NCBI GenBank assembly: GCA_951406725.2 | Contig: OX597841.1 | Span: forward strand, 2,356,001-2,420,000 | Source: Octopus vulgaris | Taxonomy: Eukaryota | Reading direction: 5' to 3' | Length of the DNA: 64,000 bases | Shown: positions 1 to 12,596 of the stretch, in pieces | How positions within the stretch are numbered: the first letter of the stretch is position 1 | How the letters are laid out: each line of letters opens with the position of its first letter | Notes under the pieces: generated by a model | The model's input: only the letters and a program-made list of their open reading frames with translations | The model's database searches: none | What the model was told of the DNA's origin: nothing | Program-made: the position numbers and the translations under genes

Positions 1-367
1 GGTTCCGGGTTCAGTCCCACTGCGTGGCATCTTGGGCAAGTGTCTTCTGCTATAGCCTTGGGCCGACCAATGCCTTGTGAGTGGATTTGGTAGATGGAAA
101 CTGAAAGAAGCCTGTCGTATATATGTGTGTATATATATATATGTATGTGTGTAAATGTTTGTGTGTCTGTGTTTGTCCCTCTAGCATTGCTTGACAACCG
201 ATTCTGGTGTGTTTACGTCCCCGTCACTTAGCGGTTCGGCAAAAGGAACCAATAGAATAAGTACTGGGCTTACAAAGAATAAGTCCCGGGATCGATTTGC
301 TCGACTAAAGGCGGTGCTCCAGCATGGCTGCAGTCAAATGACTGAAACAAGTAAAAGAGTAAAGAGT
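1..367 (+). mobile_element. tRNA-derived SINE (family A), 5' end outside window
   Basis: Matches 8108-8475. Confidence 0.85.
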
Positions 368-836
368 AACATATTCAAAGTTTGGGAGAAATTACTTTTA
401 TTAAAAATATCACAGAGGTAAACTATCTCATCAATAGAGATATAGCTGTAGAGATAAAAACTATAGTGTTGGTAGGTTGTTATAAAACTTCTTCCTTATA
501 TAAAAACATTTGCAGTTATAGATGTTTCCATTTTTGTTTTCCATAAAACAAATTTTTAAAGTAAACCATATTCTGGCATACAGTAAGAGGTAAGTAAAGG
601 GGTTGGCATCAGTAAATGTCAAACCTAAAAAGTGGGTGATATATCGAGTGGATTAGTTACTTGTATAGCAAAATGCACAAGGTTACCCTTACATCAGATG
701 ATGCCTAAAATGTTTGTTATTGTTGTTATAAGTTTTGACATTGATATAGTTGCACTTACATATGTGTAGATGTATGTTTATGTAACTTATGACTTTCAGA
801 GAAAGATTTACCACAAATGTCACAGTGATATGCCTT

Positions 837-2249
837 CTATCCCGTATGAATACGTCTGTGTTTAGTTAAGTCACTACTTTTAGAGAATGATTTGCTACAG
901 ATATCACAGGCATATGGCTTTTCACCTGTATGGATACGTTTGTGAGAAATTAAGTTACTACTTGCAGAGAATGATTTACCACAGATATCACAGTGATGTG
1001 GCTTCTCTCCTGTATGAATACGTTTGTGAGAAGTCAAGTTACAACTTTGCGAGAATGATTTATCACAAATATCACAGTGAAATGGCTTTTCGCCTGAATG
1101 AATACGTTTATGTTTAGTAAAGTCGCCACTCCCAGAGAATGATTTACCACAAATATCACAGTGAAATGGCTTCTCTCCAGAATGATCACGTTTGTGTTTA
1201 GTAAAGTTACTACTTCCAGAGAATGATTTACCACAAATATTACAGTGAAATGGTTTCTCTCCTGTATGAATACGTATGTGTCTAGTTAATGTACCAAATT
1301 TGTAAAATGATTTACCACAGATATCACAGAGATATTGCCTCTCCCCTGTATGAAAACTTTTGTGCTCAGCTAAGTAAGTACTACTTACAGAGAATGATTT
1401 ACCACAGACATCACAATGATATGGTTTTTCTGCTGTATGAATACGCTTGTGTTTAGTTAACGTAGTACCATCAGAGAATGATTTACCACAGACATCACAG
1501 TGAAATGGCTTCTCTCCTGTATGAATATGTTTGTGTCTAGTTAAGTGACAACTAACAGAGAATGATTTACCACAGACATCACAGTGATATGGCTTCTCTG
1601 CTGTATGAATACGCTTGTGTTTAGTTAACGTACTACCATCAGAGAATGATTTACCACAGACATCACAATAATATGGTTTCTCTCCTGAATGAATGCGTTT
1701 GTGAGAAGTCAATTGATAACTTCGAGAGAATGATTTACCACAGATATCACAGTGATATGGCTTCTCTCCCGTATGAACACGTTTGTGTTTAGTTAAGACA
1801 GCACTTTGAGAGAATGATTTACCACAGATATCACAATGATATGGCTTCTCCCCTGTATGAATGCGAATGTGCTTATTTAAGTCTATATTTTGAGAAAATG
1901 ATTTGTCACAGATATGACACTGATATGGCTTCTCTCCTGTATGAATACGTATGTGTATTGTTAAGTTATTACTAACAGAGAAAGATTTACCACAGATAGC
2001 ACAATGATATGGTTTCTCTCCTGAATGAAGACGTCTGTGTTTAGTTAAAGTACTACTAACAGTGAATGATTTACCACAGATATCACAATGATATGGCTTC
2101 TCTCCTGTATGAATACGTTGGTGTTTAGTCAAGTTATCTTTTAGAGAGAATGTCTTTTCACAGATATCACAGTCATAGGATAATTTACTTCTCTCTTTTA
2201 TCATGTCTTCAGGTAAAATCAATTCGGTATGTTTCTCGCTTTTATCCAT
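837..2249 (-). CDS. Tandem C2H2 zinc-finger protein (16 fingers), duplicate copy A; stop in the last linker removes a 17th finger
   Basis: ORF of CxxC-x12-HxxxH fingers with TGEKP linkers; first ATG (MDKSEKH) at 2249; TAG at 837-839 where paralogs have GAG; an intact finger continues in frame to TAA at 756-758. Confidence 0.9.
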   Translation of the reverse strand: MDKSEKHTELILPEDMIKERSKLSYDCDICEKTFSLKDNLTKHQRIHTGEKPYHCDICGKSFTVSSTLTKHRRLHSGEKPYHCAICGKSFSVSNNLTIHIRIHTGEKPYQCHICDKSFSQNIDLNKHIRIHTGEKPYHCDICGKSFSQSAVLTKHKRVHTGEKPYHCDICGKSFSRSYQLTSHKRIHSGEKPYYCDVCGKSFSDGSTLTKHKRIHTAEKPYHCDVCGKSFSVSCHLTRHKHIHTGEKPFHCDVCGKSFSDGTTLTKHKRIHTAEKPYHCDVCGKSFSVSSTYLAEHKSFHTGERQYLCDICGKSFYKFGTLTRHIRIHTGEKPFHCNICGKSFSGSSNFTKHKRDHSGEKPFHCDICGKSFSGSGDFTKHKRIHSGEKPFHCDICDKSFSQSCNLTSHKRIHTGEKPHHCDICGKSFSASSNLISHKRIHTGEKPYACDICSKSFSKSSDLTKHRRIHTG

Positions 2250-3257
2250 AATTTTTCTTTTCAAATCAATATATAATAATAATAATGATGATGATGACGA
2301 TAAATATATAAATATATATACGCAAACATATATTTTTTATTTTGTTCTTATAGGTTATACCTTGCCAATATTTCAATCACTGTATTTCTGTCCAATGTTA
2401 CCTTTGTCTCAGAACTTTTTCTCAATTTATCCAAGTTTAATTTGCACACAAATTTGTTTTGTTGACACTGTAGTCAGAAATGCAAGGAACGTTCGATAAT
2501 AATAACAGAGCATATATTGCACTGGAATGCCATAATAACTTTACAGAAATGGTATTATATATCTGCTTTCAATAGCATTTTCTTTGTCTTCAAAACACGA
2601 TAAATATTGAGAATGTATCTTCACTTATCCCAACGTCATCTGATATTCTGAAATAATAAAGAAACATCAGTGTAAGACACAGAAACTACTTAAAAATTAC
2701 AGATTCAGTACATATACAAATACCAGCACGAGAGATATACATATAGAGAGAAAGAGTGAGAGAGAATGTGGTAAATATATAGAAGGTGAAAGCTCGCAAA
2801 GAGAAAAGCATAAGAGACAGAGGTAGACAGATAAAGAGTTGTACGTAGATACATGCGACACACAATATTCCCTGTGATTGATCTGCATCACCTCATAACA
2901 AGACAGATGTGGGGAGCAGTTGTGTCGTTAAAATATATGAGGAAACAAAGTCGAAGACATAAAACATCTAACCCTTTCTCCCAACTATATTTTTTCACAA
3001 CAAATTCCAACATATTCGTAATCCACATTGTCTGAAAAGTATTTCTAGAAAATTTCATTACCAAAAATATCCATTTTTCACGAAGTTATGACGAATCAAA
3101 TTGCTAGTTGAGTGAGCACACATCGGTAGTTATATCAAGAAACATTCGATAAATAATAATAATAAAGTATTGGTTTCTCAACATTTCAGCGGTTGGGGTG
3201 TATTTGAGAATATTTCTCAAACCACGACAAACACGGCAACGATGGAGGGTGTAGCTT

Positions 3258-3625
3258 CCATAGCTAGAAATAGCAGCCAAATCTCGCACAAAATAATAGA
3301 CATCTCTCATCCATAGCTAGAAATAGCAGCCAGATATCGCACTAATCATAGACATCTCATCATCTCTCATCTATAGCTAGAAATAGCAGCCAAATCTCGC
3401 ACAAATAATAGACATCTCTCATCTATAGCTAGAAATAGCAGCCAAATCTTGCACAAATTATGGACATCTCTTCCATTGCTAGAAATAGCAGCCAAATCTG
3501 GCACGAAACATAGTGATTTCTCTTCCATAACTAGAAATAGCAACCAGATCTCGCTCAAATCATAGATAACTCTCTTCCATAGCTAGAAATGGCAGCTAAA
3601 TCTTGTACAATACATAGACATCTCT
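3258..3625. repeat. 52-bp minisatellite, about 7 units, intron 1 of ZNF copy A
   Basis: Core CATAGCTAGAAATAGCAGCCA recurring at about 52-bp spacing. Confidence 0.95.
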
Positions 3626-3810
3626 GATACATAAAAAATTGGAGAAAAACAGCCAATCGAAAAGTCAAATACTGAACGTCTACTGATGAAATACTCACGG
3701 AAAAGTTTCATAGGGGATAACGTTGTTATAAGTGGATTTGTAATAGATGAGAAATGTATTAAAAGTTTAGGAATAGAAATTCATTCAACCAACAATTCAA
3801 TTAATGTCAA

Positions 3811-3845
3811 GACGGAAACGGAAATATATCTCGTGCGCACGCGTG
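3811..3845 (-). promoter_or_regulatory. Putative core promoter of ZNF copy A (NRF1-like TGCGCACGCG plus tandem CGGAA ETS-like sites)
   Basis: Motifs seen about 135 bp upstream of a GTGAGT donor (3698); same layout in paralogs. Confidence 0.6.
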
Positions 3846-3908
3846 GGTTTTACAGAAACCACGGTAGACAACTCTTGTTACTATCTTTCTGTTCCTGGGG
3901 ACTTCAAC

Positions 3909-4641
<733 letters not shown>

Positions 4642-5101
4642 AAAACATTGTGTACAGTGCTCAGGTGCACTACAACTCATCTAAAGTGTATGTATAGTAC
4701 ATTGGGTAATGTACAAGCGTCAGGAAAAGAACAGTGTATGAGTCATGACATACACATATGTGTATGAGTATAGAAGTGGGGCAATCAGGTGTAGTTTCGG
4801 CGGATTTCGGAAAGCATGAGGGCCTTAAAGGATGTAGTGTCATGGCAGTCAACAACTGACGCAGGCAGTTTGTTCCATGCTTCAGCAACTCTGCGCGTGA
4901 AAAAATGTTTGCGAAAGTCATGGGAGCGGTGCTGTTTTCTGACTTTGTAGGCATGTCCACGTGTGTTGGACACATGGAGAACAAAAAGGTGTTCAGTGTT
5001 GTTGTTGGTGAGGTGGTTGATAACTTTGTGGGTGTTTACCAAGTCCATCGCCAGACGCCGGAGCTTCAGTGAATCCATGCCCAGGGAAACAAGGCGCTCT
5101 G
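4642..5101 (-). mobile_element. CR1-clade LINE 3' fragment (RT C-terminus, 3' UTR)
   Basis: ERLVSLGMDSLKLRR...TRGHAYK...RKHFFTRRVAEAWNKLP; copies at about 12597-13055 and 19218-19676. Confidence 0.8.
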
Positions 5102-5214
5102 AGAAAAACGTCAGACGTATAAAATATTCTAAAAACTTCTTGAATGAACAGTCTATGTCCCTCAGTAGATTGTCCTGCAGGGACTTCCAGTTGTCCAATA
5201 TGCTATACATCTCT

Positions 5215-6035
5215 ATTTTAAATGCTTCAAATAGAATTTCACAAAATTTCTTACTGTTTTTGTTGAGTGTTTGAATTTATATATTGTCGTTTTCTGGAAT
5301 GACCTATTTCTCGGAAACCTTCTAGCTCTAAGTTTCAAATCACAAACCACTAACCTATGTTGAGTTGTACATTCATCACCATGGAAAGACTTCACATTCA
5401 CAAGTATCTATCTCATTTTCAAGTAAGAATGAAGTCAATCCAGTAAGAATCAAGTCATATCAATCAAGGCCATCTCCTTGAAGAAATTAGTGACTTGTCT
5501 GCTTTCCTACATGCTAGTACTATGAGTTTTGCTAAATTAAATCTAAGGCCCTCGAATTGCAGACGCTGCATCCACACCTTATATTCATTCTCTAACTCGT
5601 GTAGAAATTCTGCTATAATAACAAGGTTATCATCATAGTGGAGCTCTCAAGGGCATCTAGTCTTAAATTCCTCTGCTATGGCTAGAAGGTCTATGATAAA
5701 TAAGAGGGGAGTGAGAATTGATCCTTTGGGAACTCCTACTTGCTTACTAAATTCATTGCTACACACATTACCAACTTTCATCTTACTGACAGCATCCCTG
5801 TACAGTTTGTATGGCTCACACCAACAACTCTATTCCTAGCTTCTGCATTAACCACTGAATAAGGAAGTGGGGGAACCTGTCAAAGGCTTTCTCAATGTCA
5901 AGTATAGAGGTTTAATTTTTACTAAATTCTTCTCAGTACTCGTCTTACAAAGAAGAAAACATCAGTAGTGCTTCTACATAACACAAAGCCAAACTGCATC
6001 TATTTCTCTCTCTTCCTAATTAGCTGAGCTATGAG
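5215..6035 (-). mobile_element. Decayed RTE-like LINE fragments (RT and endonuclease pieces)
   Basis: Minus-strand remnants DIEKAFDR, GSILTPLLF, ELHYDDNLV and QHRLVVCDL; second copy at about 13190-13995. Confidence 0.65.
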
Positions 6036-7524
6036 CCTCACAAAAAGAGGGGGGGGCGTCAAGAACGGTCAGAATCTCATACAAAAAATTTCATTCCTCA
6101 ATTTTAGTAAGGTAATTGTAGTCTAGACCCTCAAACACTTATCTCTGCAAAATTTAATTTAAACAACGATAAGTAGGTTATGAGTAGACAGTCTGTTGTG
6201 GGGCACTAAACTATTGTTATGAGGAAAATTCTTCTCTTGTGGTTTCTTCCATTTTGTACAGGAGGTCATTGTTTATGTATATATTTGACAACTTTACTGC
6301 ATCCGTGTTTGAAAAAGCCATGACTTATGCTACCATTAACATATTTGAGAAGCATTTAAAAGCTAATAAAAAAAATTAAATATATAGTAAATTGGGGAAG
6401 TGGTATTCAACAAAGAACAATGTGTAGGGTTGAAGGAGGAGAAGTTTCAGTATAGGGGTCCCTACATCATGGGAAATGAAAAGAGCATGGAAGTGAGGCT
6501 TGTGTGAAAAGGTATGAAAGAAAATAAAAAAACTGGAATTTTGGGAAATTCTTTATTTTCAGAATTGTAATTTCCAGAATTGTAATTTTCAGATTCCACC
6601 CCGGTGGAATTTGAACTCAGAACATAAAAATGGATGAAATCCTACTGTTTTACCTGGTTTTTGATCTTAACTGATTGGAAGTGTTATCAATGTACGTAAC
6701 TTTCAGAAAAATGTATATCTTACAAAGATGAGATTTTTTAAAATTAAACTTTGGGGAGATAAGTTTTTGAGGACTTACATTATGATTATCTTCATAAAGA
6801 TTTAGGAAAACATTTTTCTAGAGGAGTTTCCAATCTTTCTCAACCCCCACCTCAGTTTTGTATCATCAATTTCCATAACTTTGGATTTTCACTATTTTTT
6901 AAAAAATAATTGTGTGAAATAAAAACACTATGTATTCTAAACCTTTGCAAAGATTTTGCAGAAATTTCATTTAAAAATGTGATCAGTTTTAAAGAGAGCT
7001 ATGAGGAAACAAAGTCATGGGTGGGGCACTAAACTGTAGTTATGTCCAAAACAGAATTTACAAATAAATCAGCCCTTTTACAAAAGTGATTACAAAATTA
7101 ATTAAACTGAGATAATTACTGTCTTGTGAATCTATTTGATAGACAAAAATCAGCAAACCTTAAAAACATTGCAGACATTCAGAGATACCTCACATGTAGA
7201 ATACTTTAAAAAACAATGCGGGAACCAGTGGTTAGTACGACTAATTAAACTGACTTAATTACTATTTCTCTGTTGTCCCCATATTTCCAGTCTTTCTAAT
7301 TTTATCACACTGTCGTCTACCTCACAGTTCCAACACTATGTCCCCCTGGCTGGGACTTTGCACCAGCCACATATTTGGTCTATAGCCCCTCAGTAGATTG
7401 TTCCCTAGGAACTTCCAGTTGTCATATATGCTATACATCTCTATCTCCTCCACCATCAAATGCTTCGACTAGAACATCTCATTTCTACAAAGACTCACAA
7501 GGAATAAATATATATATATATGGT

Positions 7525-7859
7525 GAACCATCCGATCGTGGCCGTTGCCAGCGCTGCCCTGACTGGCCTCCGGTGGCATGTAAAAAGCACCATCCGATTG
7601 TGGCCATTGCCAGCCTCACCTGGCCCCCGTGCCGGTGGCAAATAAAAAGCACCATCCGACCATGAATATTTGCCAGCCCCGTCTGGCACGTAAAAAGCAC
7701 CCACTACACTCACAGAGTGGTTGGCGTTAGGAAGGGCATCCAGCCGTAGAAACATTGCCAAATCAGACTGGGCCTGTTGCAGCCTTCTGGCTTCCCAGAC
7801 CCCAGTTGAACTGTCCAACCCATGCTAGCATGGAAAGCGGACGCTAAATGATGATGATG
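7525..7859 (+). mobile_element. SINE family B with (GAT)n tail and internal GGCACGTAAAAAGCACC repeats
   Basis: Shared 3' end GGAAGGGCATCCAGC...CCCATGCTAGCATGG...GATGATG with other copies. Confidence 0.75.
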
Positions 7860-8061
7860 GATATTCTGAAAAAAATACATTCATAAGGAGTCACGATGAG
7901 TAAAACCTATATATTCACTCACTGGTTGTTGGTTGTCTATATTTCACTTCTTTTTCTCAGTAACTGATGCTTAGGATCCCAGAAAATATTTTCTTATTTA
8001 ACATTGAGAAAGCAAGAGATTGGTTTCAAAAAATAGTTTCACATAAAAATTCTTGTAACAA

Positions 8062-8475
8062 GGCGCAGGAGTGGCTGTGTGGTAAGTAGCTTGCTAACCA
8101 ACCACATGGTTCCGGGTTCAGTCCCACTGCGTGGCATCTTGGGCAAGTGTCTTCTGCTATAGCCTTGGGCCGACCAATGCCTTGTGAGTGGATTTGGTAG
8201 ATGGAAACTGAAAGAAGCCTGTCGTATATATGTGTGTATATATATATATGTATGTGTGTAAATGTTTGTGTGTCTGTGTTTGTCCCTCTAGCATTGCTTG
8301 ACAACCGAATTCTGGTGTGTTTACGTCCCCGTCACTTAGCGGTTCGGCAAAAGGAACCAATAGAATAAGTACTGGGCTTACAAAGAATAAGTCCCGGGAT
8401 CGATTTGCTCGACTAAAGCCGGTGCTCCAGCATGGCTGCAGTCAAATAACTGAAACAAGTAAAAGAGTAAAGAGT
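8062..8475 (+). mobile_element. tRNA-derived SINE (family A), full length
   Basis: Box A-like TGGCTGTGTGG, box B-like GGTTCAGTCCC, internal TA/TG tract, GTAAAAGA tail; many copies in window. Confidence 0.85.
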
Positions 8476-8863
8476 AACATATTCAAAGTTTGGGAGAAAT
8501 TACTTTTATTAAAAATATCACAGAGGTAAACTATCTCATCAATAGAGATATAGCTGTAGAGATAAAAACTATAGTGTTGGTAGGTTGTTATAAAACTTCT
8601 TCCTTATATAAAAACATTTGCAGTTATAGATGTTTCCATTTTTGTTTTCCATAAAAGAAATTTTTAAAGTAAACCATATTCTGGCATACAGTAAGAGGTA
8701 AGTAAAGGGGTTGGCATCAGTAAGTGTCAAACCTAAAAAGTGGGTGATATATCTAGTGGATTAGTTACTTGTATAGCAAAATGCACAAGGTTACCCTTAC
8801 ATCAGATGATGCCTAAAATGTTTGTTATTGTTGTTATAAGTTTTGACATTGATATAGTTGCAC

Positions 8864-10270
8864 TTACATATGTGTAGATGTATGTTTATGTAACTTATGA
8901 CTTTCAGAGAAAGATTTACCACAAATGTCACAGTGATATGCCTTCTCTCCCATATGAATACGTTTGTGTTTAGTTAAGTCACTACTTTTAGAGAATGATT
9001 TGCTACAGATATCACAGGCATATGGCTTTTCACCTGTATGGATACGTTTGTGAGAAATTAAGTTACTACTTGCAGAGAATGATTTACCACAGATATCACA
9101 GTGATGTGGCTTCTCTCCTGTATGAATACGTTTGTGAGAAGTCAAGTTACAACTTTGCGAGAATGATTTATCACAAATATCACAGTGAAATGGCTTTTCG
9201 CCTGAATGAATACGTTTATGTTTAGTAAAGTCGCCACTCCCAGAGAATGATTTACCACAAATATCACAGTGAAATGGCTTCTCTCCAGAATGATCACGTT
9301 TGTGTTTAGTAAAGTTACTACTTCCAGAGAATGATTTACCACAAATATTACAATGAAATGGTTTCTCTCCTGTATGAATACGTATGTGTCTAGTTAATGT
9401 ACCAAATTTGTAAAATGATTTACCACAGATATCACAGAGATATTGCCTCTCCCCTGTATGAAAACTTTTGTGCTCAGCTAAGTAACTACTTACAGAGAAT
9501 GATTTACCACAGACATCACAATGATATGGTTTTTCTGCTGTATGAATACGCTTGTGTTTAGTTAACGTAGTACCATCAGAGAATGATTTACCACAGACAT
9601 CACAGTGAAATGGCTTCTCTCCTGTATGAATATGTTTGTGTCTAGTTAAGTGACAACTAACAGAGAATGATTTACCACAGACATCACAGTGATATGGCTT
9701 CTCTGCTGTATGAATACGCTTGTGTTTAGTTAACGTACTACCATCAGAGAATGATTTACCACAGACATCACAATAATATGGTTTCTCTCCTGAATGAATG
9801 CGTTTGTGAGAAGTCAAGTGATAACTTCGAGAGAATGATCTACCACAGATATCACAGTGATATGGCTTCTCTCCCGTATGAACACGTTTGTGTTTAGTTA
9901 AGACAGCACTTTGAGAGAATGATTTACCACAGATATCACAATGATATGGCTTCTCCCCTGTATGAATGCGAATGTGCTTATTTAAGTCTATATTTTGAGA
10001 AAATGATTTGTCACAGATAGCACAATGATATGGCTTCTCTCCTGTATGAATACGTATGTGTATTGTTAAGTTATTACTAACAGAGAATGATTTACCACAG
10101 ATATCACAATGATATGGCTTCTCTCCCGTATGAATACGTTGGTGTTTAGTCAAGTTATCTTTTAGAGAGAATGTCTTTTCACAGATATCACAGTCATAGG
10201 ATAATTTACTTCTCTCTTTTATCATGTCTTCAGGTAAAATCAATTCGGTATGTTTCTCGCTTTTATCCAT
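8864..10270 (-). CDS. Tandem C2H2 zinc-finger protein (16 fingers), duplicate copy B
   Basis: Uninterrupted finger ORF; ATG MDKSEKH at 10270, homologous to copy A. Confidence 0.92.
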   Translation of the reverse strand: MDKSEKHTELILPEDMIKERSKLSYDCDICEKTFSLKDNLTKHQRIHTGEKPYHCDICGKSFSVSNNLTIHIRIHTGEKPYHCAICDKSFSQNIDLNKHIRIHTGEKPYHCDICGKSFSQSAVLTKHKRVHTGEKPYHCDICGRSFSRSYHLTSHKRIHSGEKPYYCDVCGKSFSDGSTLTKHKRIHTAEKPYHCDVCGKSFSVSCHLTRHKHIHTGEKPFHCDVCGKSFSDGTTLTKHKRIHTAEKPYHCDVCGKSFSVSSYLAEHKSFHTGERQYLCDICGKSFYKFGTLTRHIRIHTGEKPFHCNICGKSFSGSSNFTKHKRDHSGEKPFHCDICGKSFSGSGDFTKHKRIHSGEKPFHCDICDKSFSQSCNLTSHKRIHTGEKPHHCDICGKSFSASSNLISHKRIHTGEKPYACDICSKSFSKSSDLTKHKRIHMGEKAYHCDICGKSFSESHKLHKHTSTHM

Positions 10271-11278
10271 AATTTTTCTTTTCAAATCAATATATATAAT
10301 AATAATGATGATGATGACGATAAATATATAAATATATATACGCAAACATATATTTTTTATTTTGTTCTTATAGGTTATACCTTGCCAATATTTCAATCAC
10401 TGTATTTCTGTCCAATGTTACCTTTGTCTCAGAACTTTTTTCTCAATTTATCCAAGTTTAATTTGCACACAAATTTGTTTTGTTGACACTGTAGTCAGAA
10501 ATGCAAGGAACGTTTGATAATAATAACAGAGCATATATTGCACTGGAATGCCATGATAACTTTACAGAAATCGTATTATATATCTGCTTTCAATAGCATT
10601 TTCTTTGTCTTCAAAACACGATAAATATTGAGAATGTATCTTCACTTATCCCAACGTCATCTGATATTCTGAAATAATAAAGAAACAACAGTGTAAGACA
10701 CAGAAACTACTTAAAAATTACAGATTCAGTACATATACAAATACCAGCACGAGAGATATACATATAGAGAGAAAGAGTGAGAGAGAATGTGGTAAATATA
10801 TAGAAGGTGAAAGCTCGCAAAGAGAAAAGCATAAGAGACAGAGGTAGACAGATAAAGAGTTGTACGTAGATACATGCGACACACAATATTCCCTGTGATT
10901 GATCTGCATCACCTCATAACAAGACAGATGTGGGGAGCAGTTGTGTCGTTAAAATATATGAGGAAACAAAGTCGAAGACATAAAACATCTAACCCTTTCT
11001 CCCAACTATATTTTTTTCACAACTAATTCCAACATATTCGTAATCCACATTGTCTGAAAAGTATTTCTAGAAAATTTCATTACCAAAAATATCCATTTTT
11101 CACGAAGTTGTGACGAATCAAATTGCTAGTTGAGTGAGCACACATCGGTAGTTATATCAAGAAACATTCGATAAATAATAATAATAAAGTATTGGTTTCT
11201 CAACATTTCAGCGGTTGGGGTGTATTTGAGAATATTTCTCAAACCACGACAAACACGGCAACGATGGAGAGTGTAGCT

Positions 11279-12052
11279 TCCGTAGCTAGAAATAGCAGCC
11301 AAATCTCGCACAAATAATAGACATCTCTCATCCATAGCTAGAAATAGCAGCCAAATCTCGCACAAATAATAGACATCTCTCATCCATAGCTAGAAATAGC
11401 AGCCAGATATCGCACTAATCATAGACATTTCTCTTCCATAGCTAGAAATAGCAGCCAAATCTCGCACAAATAATAGACATCTCTCATCCATAGCTAGAAA
11501 TAGCAGCCAGATATCGCACTAATCAAAGACATTTCTCTTCCATAGCTAGAAATAGCAGCCAAATCTTGCACAAATAATAGACATCTCTCATCTATAGCTA
11601 GAAATAGCAGCCAAATCTTGCACAAATTATGGACATCTCTCTTCCATAGCTAGAAATAGCAGCCCGATATCGAACTAACATAGACATTTCACTTCCATAG
11701 CTAGAAATAGCAGCCAAATCTTGCACAAATTATGGGCATCTCTTCCATTGCTAGAAATAGCAGCCAGATATCGCACAAATAATAGACATCTCTCATCCAT
11801 AGCTAGAAATAGCAGCCAAATCTTGCACAAATAATAGAAATCTCTCATCCATAGCTAGAAATAGCAGCCAGATATTGCACTAATCATAGACATTTCACTT
11901 CCATAGCTAGAAATAGCAGCCAAATCTGGCACGAAACATAGTGATCTCTCTTCCATAACTAGAATCAGCAACCAGATCTCGTTTAAATCATAGATAACTA
12001 TCTTCCATAGCTAGAAATAGCAGCCAAATCTTGTACAATTCATAGACATCTC
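11279..12052. repeat. 52-bp minisatellite, about 15 units, intron 1 of ZNF copy B
   Basis: Same core and spacing. Confidence 0.95.
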
Positions 12053-12238
12053 TGATACATAAAAAATTGGAGAAACACAACCAATCGAAAAGTCAAATAC
12101 TGAACGTCTACTGATGAAATACTCACGGAAAAGTTTCATAATGGATAACGTTGTTATAAGTGCATTTGTAATAGATGAGAAATGTATTAAAAGTTTAGGA
12201 ATAGAAATTCATTCAACCAACAATTCAATTAATGTCAA

Positions 12239-12273
12239 GACGGAAACGGAAATATATCTCGTGCGCACGCGTG
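12239..12273 (-). promoter_or_regulatory. Putative core promoter of ZNF copy B
   Basis: Identical to 3811-3845; GTGAGT donor at 12126. Confidence 0.6.
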
Positions 12274-12336
12274 GGTTTTACAGAAACCACGGTAGACAAC
12301 TCTTGTTACTATCTTTCTGTTCCTGGGGACTTCAAC

Positions 12337-12430
12337 TATAATAATAATAATAAAAATAATAATAATAATGATAATAATAATAATAATGAAAATAATAATA
12401 ATAATAATAATAATAATGATAATAATAATG

Positions 12431-12464
<34 letters not shown>

Positions 12465-12526
12465 TAATAATAATAATAATAATAAAAGTAATGATAATAA
12501 TGATAATGATAATAATAATAATAATG

Positions 12527-12560
<34 letters not shown>

Positions 12561-12596
12561 TAATAATAATAATAATGAAAATAATAATAATAATAA
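12337..12596. repeat. (AAT)n microsatellite, copy B
   Basis: Direct reading. Confidence 0.98.

Noticed and set aside
887-1234. Antisense and alternate-frame ORFs over ZNF genes (MIYHRYH..., MVNHSL...)
   Set aside because: By-products of the 84-bp finger periodicity.
3680-3716. CTGATGA...GAAA near the first donor as a hammerhead
   Set aside because: Stem II cannot pair, and the GAAA part is deleted in copy C.
8062-8135. tRNA gene
   Set aside because: Box A/B-like head continues into a dispersed SINE body; no full cloverleaf.
10271-10396. N-terminal extension of the 510-aa ORF
   Set aside because: Non-ATG start, low complexity, and not open in copies A and C; ATG at 10270 preferred.
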